From positions 202,120,001 to 202,184,000 of the forward strand of contig OZ024740.1 in the NCBI GenBank assembly GCA_964016885.1: DNA of 64,000 bases, written 5' to 3'. Of the stretch, positions 25,918-39,199 are shown one piece after another (position 1 is the first letter of the stretch; every line of letters starts with the position of its first letter). The stretch comes from Eledone cirrhosa. Lineage: Eukaryota. The position numbers and the translations under genes are program-made. The notes beneath the pieces were generated by a model, which made no database searches, was not told where the DNA came from, and saw only the letters and a list, made by a program, of their open reading frames with translations.

Positions 25918-27052
25918 TATATATATATATATATATACATACGCACATACATACATGTGTGTGTATGTGTGTGTGTGTATGAGTGTATGTGTCTGTCTGT
26001 AGTGTAGTGTATACATATGCATGCAGTGTAAGCATGATGTATTTACAAATAACAGAACTGGTACTTGAGGTGAATATCCTCACCATCATCAAAACTGTAG
26101 GCCCATGCTAACTGGCTCATCCAATCTTCTCCACCACATAACTCACCTATAAATACATATTATGGTTGATACCTACGAACAACAACAACAGCAACAACAA
26201 CAATCTGACCAATAAACCACATATATTATATTTAGTCTTGTTGATTGAAGGATTTGGGATTTAAAACTCAAATTTGGTGAAGGAACGCGTCTGGCACTGC
26301 TGTATCATCAGTTCAGATAGAGGCTGCAATCATCATCATCGTCATCGTCGTCGTCATCGTCATCATTGTCATCATCGTCATTATCATCATCGTCGTCATC
26401 GTCATCGTCATCATCATCATCGTCATCGTCACCACCACCACCACCATTTGTCTCTTTTGTAAATCATAATAAAGAAATAAACAATAAAGAAGTTATTAAA
26501 TAAATTAAATTTATTTAATAACTCACCACAAAGAAGAAGTCACCTTACAGAGAATGTAATTTGACATTCATCTTTTTCGAAAAGATGAATGTGAAAAAAT
26601 TAAATTTGAAGACTTTGTAAATGAGTGGTTAAAGAAACACGAAAACTATTTTTTTACATTTCATTGTTTTAACATATATTCGAATGGCATTACCTGGCAG
26701 AAAACCTGGCTACGGGTTTGATAAATTAGTACAAACTCCAAAAACTAAATTTCAATATTGACTATATTTATTATATTCAGACATTTTCCTTTCATAAATT
26801 TAGTATTTTAACTTCCAAAATGCCCATACAACAACAATAAATATATTTCCATATATGTAGTTCATTTGTCTGATCCAACATAATTTCTTAGGAAACCTTG
26901 CAGCTGTTGTTAAAAGATGGTAAAGGGAGGTAATTGAGGGAGTACTGTAATCAACAAAACACTATTTTAGTTGCTATGTTTGCTCCTTCACATTTGAATT
27001 TGAATTCCTTTTTCTATTTCTAAATTCCAATGCAGCAAAACTAAATATATAA

Positions 27053-27119
<67 letters not shown>

Positions 27120-28069
27120 CGTGTGTGTGTGTGTGTGTGTGCGTGTGTGAGTGTGTATATGTGTATATATATATACACATAAGATAACATATTGACTAAT
27201 TGGGGTTGTGTTCGCAACACACTGATCAGTGAACAATGATACAATTCGATTTAAGTATATATGTATATATATATATGTGTGTGTGTGTGTGTATATATAT
27301 ATATTACACACAAGTAAAAATATAGGGAAAAAAATTGAAGTCTTTAAGAAGGTTTATTTACAATAACTTATAACTTTACCGATTTCACAAGATTCATGAT
27401 TTTCAAAATGAAGAGATATGGAGAAATGTGTGGCTTTGCCACCTTGTTTCTTGCATCTAACTGATGTTGGGAATTGTCTACAGTTTTATGCAAAAAATGT
27501 GACTCATATTGCTATATGTTTGAAGTACAATTTGATAGATTGAGGAAGATCACGGGATTAGGCATCAAATTTGGTGGTACTTTTGTGTATACACACAGAC
27601 ACAGACCACATAAGAATAGATAAAAGAAATTATATTTATTCAAAATAATGTACCAATCTTGGGCAACAAATTGGCATAATTGTTCAAGTGTTTGCTTTGG
27701 TTCTGTGTATTCTGATTTCAAATCTAGCCTCACGTCATGGGTAAAAAAAATAGTGACATGTTAGAATTGAGGCCCCTCTTATTAAAACAGCTATGAAACC
27801 TATATGTGGTCAGCTAAACCTGCAGAGGTGTGGATCATAGCAACAACAAAAATTACTGCAGAAGATATACATCTGGTCTCACAAATATTGCCCTTAAAAC
27901 ACCAGATAGAACCTCAAATTTGGAAGAGATCACAACTAAAATGAACAGATATAATAAATCATAGATCAGTTGACAGATGTAAAAAAAAATATAAACGATG
28001 AAGATTTATATTATCTAAACTTTGTTCAAAGTTTTTTTTTAAAACATACTTTTAATTTATCTTTTCCTT

Positions 28070-28572
28070 ACCCTCCATCAGGCACCTACCATACTCTGAA
28101 CGCCTTGCTTCCCTGGGCATGGATTCATTGAAGCTCCGGCGTCTGGCAATGGACTTGGTAAACACCCACAAAGTTATTAACCATCTCGCCAACAACAACC
28201 CTGAGCACCTTTTTGATCTTCATGTGTCTAACACACGTGGACATGCCTACAAAGTCAGAAAACAGCACAGCTCCCGTGACTTTCGTAAACATTTTTTCAC
28301 GCTCAGAGTTGCTGAAGCATGGAACAAACTGCCTGCGTCAGTTGTTAGCTGCCGAGACACTGCATCCTTTAAAACCCTCATGCTTCCCGAAATACGCCAA
28401 AACTACACCTGATGTACCCCTTCCATACACATGCACACATGTGTATATCATGACTCATGCACTGTTCATTTTCCTGACGTTTGTACATTACTCTATGTAC
28501 TATACATACACTTTTTGATGAGTTGTAGTGCACCTGAGCACTGTACACAATATTTCATTATTATTATTATTA
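28070..28572 (+). mobile_element. CR1-clade LINE 3' fragment
   Basis: LPYSERLASLGMDSLKLRR..DL...NTRGHAYK...RKHFFTLRVAEAWNKLP is the canonical CR1 ORF2 C-terminus; (ATT)n tail. Confidence 0.9.
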
Positions 28573-29457
28573 TATCCCGCCGAGGTTGACTTTCCCTTTC
28601 ATCATTACGGGGTCGATAAAATAAAGTACCAGTAATGCACTGGGTAATTGCCGGCCTTGTGCCTAAAGTAGAAACAATTATTATTATTATATGAGCCAAT
28701 ATCAAAATATATTTGAACCAAAAAGAAAGAAAAGAAAAAAATTCGAATATTCTCAACACATTTGATTCAATTAAACATAACTTTAAAACATTTTGTTTGT
28801 TTCTGAATGCAACTATTTCTGATTTCATGAATTTTCATCAATAATTTATTTCTCTAGAATTACACCAAATTTATTTGTTCAAATTGTAAATGAATGACTA
28901 GTTTGATCAGTGGTAAATGTGTTGTGTGTTTAAAAGCAGCAGTTAACAAACTGAGCAAGGTTCAAGCTGTGAGAGGAGACTGGCAATTCAGATACATTAT
29001 GGGACTAATGCAGTGTGATTCAGAATAAAGGCATATATGAACCCATATGCAGTATGTTTATGTATAATAAAGATACATTTAGTCTTGGTGTAGGTATTTT
29101 AAGCTGGGATCATGTCACAGCTATCTCAGCATCGGGGTAAGAACAGTAGATATTTGTATTTCACAGTTCTTAGTGATCCTCAATATTCACTTTAAATTAA
29201 GATACTGAGGTATGAAAGACAATAATATCATCTTCAAGATTTTGTAAATAAACTATTCTTTATATATATATCTTTATCCTGAACCACACTGTGTTGGTGC
29301 TAATACTATTTAATACTAGCTGGTCAAGTCTGTACTATATGTAAATAAGCCTTCACTAAGAATAGATTGTTTACAAAACCTGATAAGATGAGATTGTCTT
29401 CCATACAACAGCATCTTGGCATAAGACTAAACGTCTGTTTATTATGTTTAAATATAT

Positions 29458-29670
29458 TAGGACGGTGGATTGGCAGTATCAGTAGATTGTCAGACACTAT
29501 GCTTTCCAGCATAGAGTTACGACCCTTTACTGAGTTCAAATCCTGCTGAGGTTAACTTTGCCTTTCATCCTTACAGGGTTGATAAAATAAGGTACCAGTA
29601 ATATACTGGTAATTTATTTTATCAACTTTCCCCCACCCCTCAAATTGTTGGCCTTGTGCCTAAATCAGAA
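29458..29670 (+). mobile_element. tRNA-derived SINE
   Basis: A box, B box and central domain as in the 9135 family. Confidence 0.85.
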
Positions 29671-29960
29671 ATGATGTAAATATATTACATATGAGTTCAT
29701 ATATAGCTTTATTGTATGGTTTGGTTATTATCATCAACTGTGTCATCTAAGGTGATGTATTGTTGTAAATAAATGGCTCAACACATAAATATTGTAGATG
29801 ATTTAGAAATTGATAGTTTTGATTTTATACTTTGTTACAAACATTTCTTTTTTTTTTTAAATCTTGTTCTAGTTTCAATTCACAATATGGTGCTACATGT
29901 CTACATGTCTTGAAGAACCAATATGTCACAGAACATAAAACTATGTCATCTTACATTTAA

Positions 29961-30807
29961 CCCTTTCATAGCCATATGTCTAATGAAAGATACTTTTTAT
30001 GATCTTCAAATAATTTTGAAAACAGTCAAGAATATAGAGAGATTCAGTAATATAACTAACTTCCTCATTTTTAATCTGGTGTTTACAGACCTGACAACCT
30101 CTAAAAACCCAAACAGGAAGTACCATGAAAAAAAGTGCCCCAAAACAGGGAGAAATTAGGTAAAATGGGGAGATTTTACATAATTGTTTCTACTTTAGGC
30201 ACAAGACCAGCAATTACCCAGTGCATTACTGGTACTTTATTTTATCGACCCAGTAAGGATGAAAGGCAAAGTCAACCTCGGCGGGATTTGAACTCAGATC
30301 GTAAAGGGACGTAACTATGCTGGAAAGCATGGCGTCCGACCCTCTACCGATACTGCCAATCCACTGCTCGGGGGGGATTTTACATAATGAAAGCTATACC
30401 CATTTTTACAAGAGCAGACATCTTTCACATACCCCAAGAGAAAACATCTTTCACACCCTTCTGGATGGAGAGGGTTGACAAGTCTGTGTTTAGGGCATGA
30501 TGTAACAAAGGTTCCTACATAAAATTATAATTATTTCTACTTTTGGCACAAGGCCAGTAATTATCCCAGTGCATTACTGGTACTTTATTTCATCGACCCC
30601 GTAAGGATGAAAGGCAAAGTTAACCTTGGCGGGATTTGAACTCAGACCATAAAGGGCCGTAACTTTTTGCTGCAAAGCATGGCATCCGACCCTCTACCTA
30701 CATAAAATTATAATGTAAGGTTTTTTTAAATAAATATAAACACTTTAAAATAAACAGCTTAGTATCATAACACTGGGGCTGTTTCATGTGGTTTGGTATC
30801 GAAAGGG
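29961..30807. mobile_element. TTAA-flanked MITE with two nested minus-strand SINEs (30181-30367, 30530-30700)
   Basis: ttaa|ccctttcatagcc ... ggtatcgaaaggg|ttaa. The nested SINEs are flanked by short duplications (gattttacataat; ctacataaaattataat). Confidence 0.75.
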
Positions 30808-30886
30808 TTAAACATTGGTCATCAATAGTCATTTGTTCTATAGAAGCAGTTCATAAAACAACAATCATTTATGTTACTATCTAGAC

Positions 30887-31807
30887 CAGAGGTTCTCAAA
30901 GTGGGCCTACTGACCTCTGGGTGGGGCGTTGAGAAGGTCTAGGAGGGCACTGGAGCCTAAGGGGGCAGTAGAGATGATAAAATCGTCAAGAGGGCCGAGG
31001 ATGTCTTAGCATCACTCAGCAAGACCTTTGTCAGCCGCTCTCCAGATATCTATTTAAGGCTGTACATGGCTATGGTGCGGCCACACTTAGAATTTGCATC
31101 ACCAGTCTGGAACCCCTATCTTGCTCAGAACATTGAGCGCCTTGCTTCCCTGGGCATGGATACATTGAAGCTCCGACGCCTGGCAACTGACTTGGTAAAC
31201 ACCCCAAAAAATTGTTAACCATCTTGCCAACAACAACCCTGAGTACCTTTTTGATTTCCATGTGTCTAACACACGTGGACATGCCCACAAAGTCAGAAAA
31301 CAGCACAGTTCCCATGACTTTCGGAAACATTTTTTCACGCTCAGAGTTGCTGAAGCATGTAACTACCTGCATCAGTTGTTAGCTGTCGAGACACTGCATC
31401 CTTTAAGGCCTCCATGCTTCCCGAGATCCGCCAACACTACAGCTAATGTTCCCCCTCCATACACATACACACATGTATACCATGACTCATACACTATTCA
31501 CTTCACTGACATTTGTGTATTATTCTATGTACTATACATACACCTTTGACAAGTTGTAGTGCACCTGAGCACTTTACACAATAATTTCATTATTATTATT
31601 ATTATATGATAGTATAATAGTTATATTATAGTAAAATAAAAAATATATAATGTTTATTGATACATAGTATATATTATATTTATTATATATAAATTAACAA
31701 TTTTATATATTATATCTTATTTATAATTTGTGTAGGCAGGTCTCTCTAGAAATAGGTTATTACGTGACCATGAGGAACTGATGGTCCCAAAAGTTTGAGA
31801 ACCTCTG
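30887..31807. mobile_element. hAT-Charlie-type MITE with nested CR1 fragment (31120-31605)
   Basis: Perfect 14-bp TIR CAGAGGTTCTCAAA / TTTGAGAACCTCTG, flanked by TCTAGAC on both sides (the Charlie NTCTAGAN target). Confidence 0.85.
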
Positions 31808-33424
31808 TCTAGACTATAAAAATAGTAATTTGTTATATTAACCAGAAAAACAAACATAACAATTTGTAAATTTTGAGAGATTTACTAAAATTATAAATTA
31901 TCCAATTACTAATGAAGTAACTTAACATATTGTTCTTACTTGTAATTGTGTTTGGAAGATTGTAATATAAATAGGTACCCTTTAAAATGGGTAGTCATAT
32001 TTCATAGAACCAGAGCTGGTTTTGGCTGGGTTGGTATCAAAAGGGTTAATGGAACAAATATTAAATATTAATTTTATGCCAGGAGTTGTGATCAGCAGAT
32101 AGCATCAGCAATGGAAAGACCGGTGAACACAATACTTCTTTCGTCTGATCTGATGATCAGCTCCTTTCTTTTTTTAAATATGAACAAATATTAAATACTG
32201 ACAAATATTTAATATTTAGTATTTAAATATTTAACCAACAATTTCAGTTATTTCTCTTCCAACTCTTCCCCTTAAATTTGACAATTAGCAAATTAGTAAT
32301 TTATTAAATCCTTTCCCAGAATTCAAATTTATAATTTAAACAAATATAATTTAAATAATTAGCTAAACTAAAATATATAAATATAGCAACAAGAGATATT
32401 TCAAGTAATTTTTCTCAGTTAAAACCAAAGTTAGACTTGCAGGAACCTAACGTAGACTTCATACTCATCATGGTGTCTTTTTGAGGCAATGTTTTACAGT
32501 CAGATGTCCTTCCTTTTAGTTATGTCTTACAATACACATAGAAACTGTACCTATTTTAAACCCAATATACACAGAAAAACATATATATATATATCAACTC
32601 ATATGTTACTTTTCTACATTCGATATATATATATAAATCTTGCTAAAAATTCTCAAAGTATTTTTAAGACTAAGTTATGGTCTGTGTTTAGCTTGACAAT
32701 TTGGTTCTAATTGTCTAAATTGGTCTTCATATTTCTTGTAAATGAAATTCCTTGTTTTCTTTTAACCATTATCTATTTGTGTAACTAGATCAACAAATTA
32801 TATAACATTTTGCTTCTTTTATCTCTGTGATTGTTTTTCTATCACCTTGCTTCTTTTACTTGTATGTCATTGTAGCTTCCGAAATAAAATCATTGTTTCT
32901 CAACTTTTGACTCCTTTCTCTTGTAACTCTTCTTATTTACAACTTTTGACTCCTTTCTCTGCTGGAAGAATTTCTTGGAATTTGGAGTTTATTGTAATAT
33001 TTTCATCATCATACATACATCTACTTTCCATGCTGGCAAGGGTTGGATGGGCTGTCACAGTCTGAGATGTAAACGGTTGGTTTAACCCATCCTGTACATA
33101 GATTCTATATTTGGCTTGGTTTCTATGGCTGGCTGCTCTTTCTTATGCCAACCACCTTACATGAGTGTATTAAGTGCGTTTTTCATGACACCAGCACTAC
33201 CAGAATTGACTGAGTACATTTTTTTCGCAGCACCAATACTAACATTTTGAAGGATGTACTGGGTGCTTTTTATCTTGGCACCAACACTAAAGAGGATGTC
33301 ACATGCTAGGTGAGACATCTGGGATGAATCTGTTTCCCTGGTTCAATTGAAAGATCCCCTGAGATGAGATTACATTGATCTAAATGGAGGTGGTGGCCTT
33401 GATAAAGCAATAATAATGATTTCT

Positions 33425-33632
33425 GATTGAGGCACAAAACCAACAATTTTGGGGAGAGGAGAAAGTCGATAAAATCAACTCCAGTACATTACAGGTGCTT
33501 TATTTATCAATCCTACAAGGATGAAAGGCAAAGCTAACCTCAGCAGGATTTGAATTCAGAACACAAAGGGACGTAACTCTATACCGCAAAATATGGTGTC
33601 CAATGCTCTACCAATACTGCTAATCCACCGCA
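33425..33632 (-). mobile_element. tRNA-derived SINE
   Basis: Reverse complement of the 9135 family. Confidence 0.8.
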
Positions 33633-34717
33633 GTAATATTAATGAAGTGTCATGGTATTGTGACACTGCTTACTTGTTTTTAATACAAATTTCAGAGAGT
33701 CAGCCAGCTACATGATCACCTTTTACTCAAGTAACCAGGTTAGTCAGACAGACTTCATACAGTATTCACCATTTATTTATGGTCCAACTCAGTTCTTATT
33801 CAGACTTACTGCCCTCCTAGATGGGTTGTGCAATAACATTAAGTTCATTTCAGTGATTGGCATGCTTTCTACAACTGGATGCTCTTTCTATTACCAACTT
33901 AACAGAATGTACTGGGTGTATTTTATTGTGACACCAACACAAATTTTTTTAATCTTTACTTCCTTTCATAGAGCCTCACAATTCACTGAATCACTGCCTA
34001 TCTACTATAGTGGATGTGAGACTAATCTTCCCTGGATAGAAAAAGTCTACTACAACTAACTTTTCTTGTAGTAGGAATGAAGTCAGTCCAGCAATCCTAT
34101 AAATTACTCCTACTTTACTGTCTCATTGCTACCCCCAACTCTGAACTCACAACTTGATCTATTCAGCATTCTGTCCTCTTTGTAGATATATTTCTCATAG
34201 GATATACTTTCAATCCTGCCTGTTTGGAATCAATGATTTAACCTGTTGGTGGGCACATATATTTTACACAGCTACAGTTGCTGTACCAAGTAAAATGACT
34301 ATTTTGATTGATAAACGTCACATCAATAAACTAGTAACCCCATCTAGTTTTGAAGTTATGAATGTTGGAAACAAGTTCATACATGTTAGGATGAGTTATC
34401 TCATCTGTGGCACAGGTATGCATACATGTTAAGACAAGTTATCTCGTCTACGGTACTGAAGAGATTAAAGACCTCCAATATATGTTCTAGATCACCCAGG
34501 CTTTGTCATCCCACAGACTGAAGATCGCAATCTAACAAAGTACTAACTGCTCTTTGATAGATACATCTATCTGCTCTTGCAATGGATACATCTGGCTTTC
34601 TGGAGCCCCCAATCACCTCTCTACTCATTTAAATATAAGATACAAAGGTGGCTATCCTTAAGTATGAGTCCCATGAGGTGGAATGGCTCTTTCAGCACAT
34701 CTTTCCTTGTCATTATT

Positions 34718-35495
34718 TAGGGCGGTTGACTTTGCCTTTCATCCTTACGGGGGGTCGATAAAATAAAGTACCAGTAATGCACTGGGTAATTGCTGGCCTT
34801 GTGCCTAAAGTAGAAACAATTATTTAGGGCGGTGGATTGGCAGTATCGGTAGAGGGTCGGACGTCATGCTTTGACGCATAGAGTTACGGCCCTTGCCATT
34901 CTGAGTTCAAATCCTGGCAAGGTTAACTTTGCCTCTCATCCTTACGGGGGTCGATAAAATAAAGTACCAGTAATACAGTGGGTAATTGCTGGCCTTGCGC
35001 CAAAAGTAAAAACAATTATTTAGAAGAAATAGGGCGGTGGATTGGCAGTATCGGTAGAGGGTCGGACGCCATGCTTTGCAGCAAAGAGTTACGGCCCTTT
35101 ATGGTCCGAGTTCAAATCCCGCCAAGGTTAACTTTGCCTTTCATCCTTACGGGGGTCGATAAAATAAAGTACCAGAAATACACTGGGATAATTGCTGGTC
35201 TTGTGCCAAAAGTAGAAACAATTATTTAGAGGAAATGCATTCACTATTTTGCTTGCTGGGACCACAAACCATTTGCAGGACACGCTGTGATATAACTACT
35301 TCTACTTTCTATATGAAGGGGAAGGGAAAGTCGTTTAAATCGACTCCAGTATTTACTGGTACTTTATTTTATCGACCCCATAAGGATGAAAAGCAAAGCT
35401 AACCGTGGCAGGATTTGAATTCAGAATGTAAAGGGCCATAACTTTGTGCTGCAAAGCATGGTGTCCATCGCTCTACTGATACAGCCAATCCACCA
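34718..35495. mobile_element. SINE cluster: three tandem plus copies and one minus copy
   Basis: 34718-35225 on plus (first copy internally deleted); 35330-35495 on minus. Confidence 0.88.
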
Positions 35496-35614
35496 AAATC
35501 ATTTTTGTTACAAAATAAGATAAAAAGAACATTGCAGGATACATACAAAATATTAGGTCTGATGTGTTGGATCTCTGTTGATTCCAAAGATGAGTGTTCA
35601 AGTTATTCAAAGAA

Positions 35615-36085
35615 AGTGGAACAGCCTGCTCATGAAATTAATTAACCCTTTAGCATTTACATTACTCTATATTTACTATGGTATTTTTATGGTAAAGGCT
35701 TTACCTCACATGTCTCACATAATATGGAATCTGAGATTTTGATATTTGTTTTGAGAACAATACCTTAAAATCAGTATGAGTGGCCAGTTTGAACAGAAAA
35801 AGGTGAACGAATTCTGGCCGGATACAGCTGGTTTAAATGCTAAAGGGTTAATGAGCATTCCACGGAAACATGCACCCGTAACATAATTCTCAGGGTGATT
35901 CAGCATGACACAGTGTGAGAGAAGACTGGCCCTTTGAATTACAAATACAATGCATTTGTGCCTACTGAGTGGACTGGAGCAATGTGAAATTATGTCTTGC
36001 TCAAGGACACAATGTGCTGCTGGGAATTGAACTCTTGACATTACGACTGAGTAGAACACCCTAACCACTAAACCATGAACCTTCA
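35615..36085 (-). mobile_element. Third SINE family interrupted by TTAA MITE (35646-35847)
   Basis: On minus: tggtttagtggttagg A box, gagttcaattccc B box, gtgtccttgagcaag. Related copies at 39030-39200, 54345-54485 and 62480-62655. Confidence 0.75.
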
Positions 36086-36988
36086 CAGAATATAATAATA
36101 ATTGAGCTGATTATTAACCTCACCAAACTCTTTCTCTGCAGTCACTTATGTGGTATCTTGGGCAAGGGTCTTCTATTATAGCCTCAAGTTGACCAATACC
36201 TTGTGAGTGGAAGTTGGTAAGCAGAAACTGTATGGCAGCTTGTCGCGTGCACATGCATGCGTGTTAAGTTTGACAAAAAGAGATTGATAAGTACCAAACT
36301 TGAAAAAAATAAGTACTGGGGTCAATTGACTAAATCACATTAATGCCCCAGCATGGTCACAGTCCAATGACTGTAACCAGTAAAAGAATAAAAGAACCAA
36401 CGTCCTCTATCATCTATCTGAAGCCTTTAGCGACCATGAACAAGTTATGAGCTCACCAAACTGTAAATATAAACAGGTTTGTTTAACAATATACATATAC
36501 ACCCTCAGAACATTAAAAGACATATTACCACTTTTGGAATATTTCTAAATAGAAAGTGAATACATGTGGCCTATTGCTTAGTGTGTTAGGGGGTTAGTTT
36601 CTAGACAGTGAGGTGTTGTATCCTTGAGCAAGGTACTTCATTTCATGTTGATCTAGCTCATTCAGCTGAAAATGATTACCAGCAGCAATTAGGGGTTAGC
36701 CTTGTGATAGACTGGCATTCTGTTTTGGAGGAAATTTTGCACTTTCAGCCACTCAACACCGATGAGATTAAGATAAACTCTGGGATTCATCCAACATAAC
36801 CCTACGATGAACTGACATACTGTTCTGGAGGATATTTTACATTTTCAGTCATTTAACACTTATGAGATTGGGATTCACTATGGGATTCATCCAGACTGTA
36901 AGAATGGAAAAATGGATATAAAACAATAACTCTCTCACCCTTAGAAATAGAAATAGAAAGAAATAGTCTTGTACAGTTAGTGCCAAGT

Positions 36989-36994
36989 TTTATT
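36989..36994 (-). promoter_or_regulatory. Candidate polyadenylation signal for DCAF8 (3' UTR about 1.8 kb)
   Basis: AATAAA on the minus strand at the end of a U-rich unique stretch, followed by TTTC-rich sequence. Other AATAAA candidates lie closer to the stop. Confidence 0.3.
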
Positions 36995-38094
36995 TTTAGA
37001 AAACAACAATTAAAAAAAGAACACTCCTGTTTAACCAAGATAAACTATCTCCTGAAAATGTATCAAATATTTTTTTTTTGTGGGTGGGGGCTTCGCTTGC
37101 AAAAAATGAAAGACATAATATTGGTACGGGAGAGAAGGATGGGTGGTAGGTGAAAAAAAATCTAATCAAAACAAAAAAAAATTGAAATCAGGATCCATTA
37201 ATTAGCAACAATTAATAATTTGACATGTTTAAAATGGTATTTTTTAGAATATTTTCAACCATTTGAAGAAATAATCTTTTACTGTGTGTTGGTATTATTA
37301 TTATTATCATTTAGAATAATAAAGTCCTGAGTGGGAAGAATCACCAAACGGCATAAATGAAAGCAACTAGATTCCAATCTCTAGGGGGAGTGATGACTGG
37401 AGGAATTTTGTTTTTTTTAGTTTTTCTTCTGCCTCAAATTGTGGCAGTCTACACCATATCATACAAACACGTCCTTGGTGTAAAGCAATGTTATTTTACT
37501 ATGATGTAAGTGTGTGTCTTGTAATTCTTCTCAGGAGAAACAAGCAACATTCTTGAAGAACAACATCAACCAATAACAGGACCACAGACAATTACAGTAT
37601 ATACACAGACAAATGCACATATACAGACACTGAGAGACACGTATACATACATAGACACATACAAACACATATATTGGTCTCTTATGTTGTAGTGTAGTTA
37701 GATTTACAAAGGGAGGGGGAGTTAAAAAAAAAAAAAAAAAGGAATTTTTTAAAGGGATTTCAATGGTCTTTAGAATATTCCAGATGCTTTCAAACAGTCC
37801 AAAGGAAAGAAAGGTGATTGGTATATGGTGGAATTTATACATCTTCATGTAGAAACTCCATGTAAGGACCTTTGTAAGGAGGAAAAGGAGGGATTTATAC
37901 ACCTTCATGTAGAAACTCCATATAAGGACCTTTGTTAGGAGGAAAAGGAAGAGAAGATATGGGAAATATATAATGAGAGCGAAAACTGTCAAAAGAAAGA
38001 AGATGATCATCAAATGAGACCAAGGTCACTAGTTTCCATTGTTATTTTCCTTATTGATATAGATACTATTGGCTGCTTGCAACTCCTGGTAGAA

Positions 38095-38470
38095 GGAGGA
38101 GGGATTTGAACTGAGGATGCCTAGAACCAGATCAGACACTGCAAAGCATTCCATCTAACTCTTTAATATTTCCATTAATCCAGTGCTCTGGGACTGACAC
38201 TTTATTTATCAACACCAGAAGGATGAAAGGCAAAGTTTACCTCAGTGGGATTTAAACTCAGATCACAGAGAACCAGATCAGAAACTGTTAAACTTCCTGT
38301 CTGATATTTGAACAATTACACCAACCTACTGCTCCTGGACTGAGACTTTATTTATCGACTCCAAAATAAAAGGCAAAGTTGACCTTGGCAGGATTTGTAC
38401 TCACAGTGTAGACAGCCAGAACAAATACTAAGGGATTTAATCTGACACTCTAACAACTCTGCCAATTTGC
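38095..38470 (-). mobile_element. Degenerate SINE copies in the DCAF8 3' UTR region
   Basis: ggatgaaaggcaaagtt.acct...gggatttgaact motifs. Confidence 0.7.
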
Positions 38471-38815
38471 CGTCTATCAAAATATTTCAGTAAAAAACAC
38501 AAACACAAACAAAAAAAGGACTTTGTTGATGTTAACAAGCAATGATTTTGTAGTCTTTGTTGTTGTAGGTTGTTTTTTTTTTTCATTTGCATAATTACTC
38601 GGATGAAGATAATTGTGGAGAAAAGAATGTGAAAATTGCTTGTGATATTTTTTTATTATTTTTTTTTACATGTTGCACTGATTTATATGTTGCTGGCAAT
38701 GTGGAAGAGACCAAACTGCAGATAAGCCACTTCAAAATAATTTAAAATAATAATAATAGAAGTGGGAAGGGGCCTGGGGGGTGGGGTGGGGCAAGGTGGG
38801 GTATCTTTAACCCGT

Positions 38816-38911
38816 TTAAGACTGGGTACACTGGATCCAGTCGGGTTCTTCATTATCTGACAACTGGTCACTATCATCACTGGAGTTTCCATCATCATCA
38901 TCACGATGAAA
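38816..38911 (-). CDS. DCAF8: DCAF8 terminal coding exon (FHRDDDDGNSSDDSDQLSDNEEPDWIQCTQS*)
   Basis: Long pyrimidine tract plus tag acceptor, phase 0, TAA stop. The acidic tail ending PDWIQCTQS resembles the DCAF8 C-terminus PDRVQCMPS. Confidence 0.88.
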   Translation of the reverse strand, partial: FHRDDDDGNSSDDSDQLSDNEEPDWIQCTQS

Positions 38912-39199
38912 CTAAAAAGAAAAAAGAAAAAAAGTACACATCAATATAATCATGTACCCAAGACTTACATTACTGTAATCATGGAATGTCAACAGAAGTA
39001 AAATGAAGTAAAAAGGGGGATGAACCTCCATCAGTTTCTATAATGAGTGTTCCAGTTGTTTGATCAACGGAACAGCCTGCTTGTGAAACTAGCATGCATT
39101 TTGTTAAGTATTTCACAGACACATATACCCTTAATGTAATTCTCAGGGAGAGTCAGCATAACACGGTATATGACAAAGGGTAGCCCTTGAATTTACAGG

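Noticed and set aside
26274-26462. His/Arg-rich ORF
   Set aside because: Translation of a (CAT/CGT)n microsatellite.
37830-37949. 60-bp tandem duplication in the DCAF8 3' UTR as a regulatory element
   Set aside because: A simple two-copy duplication with no recognisable motif.
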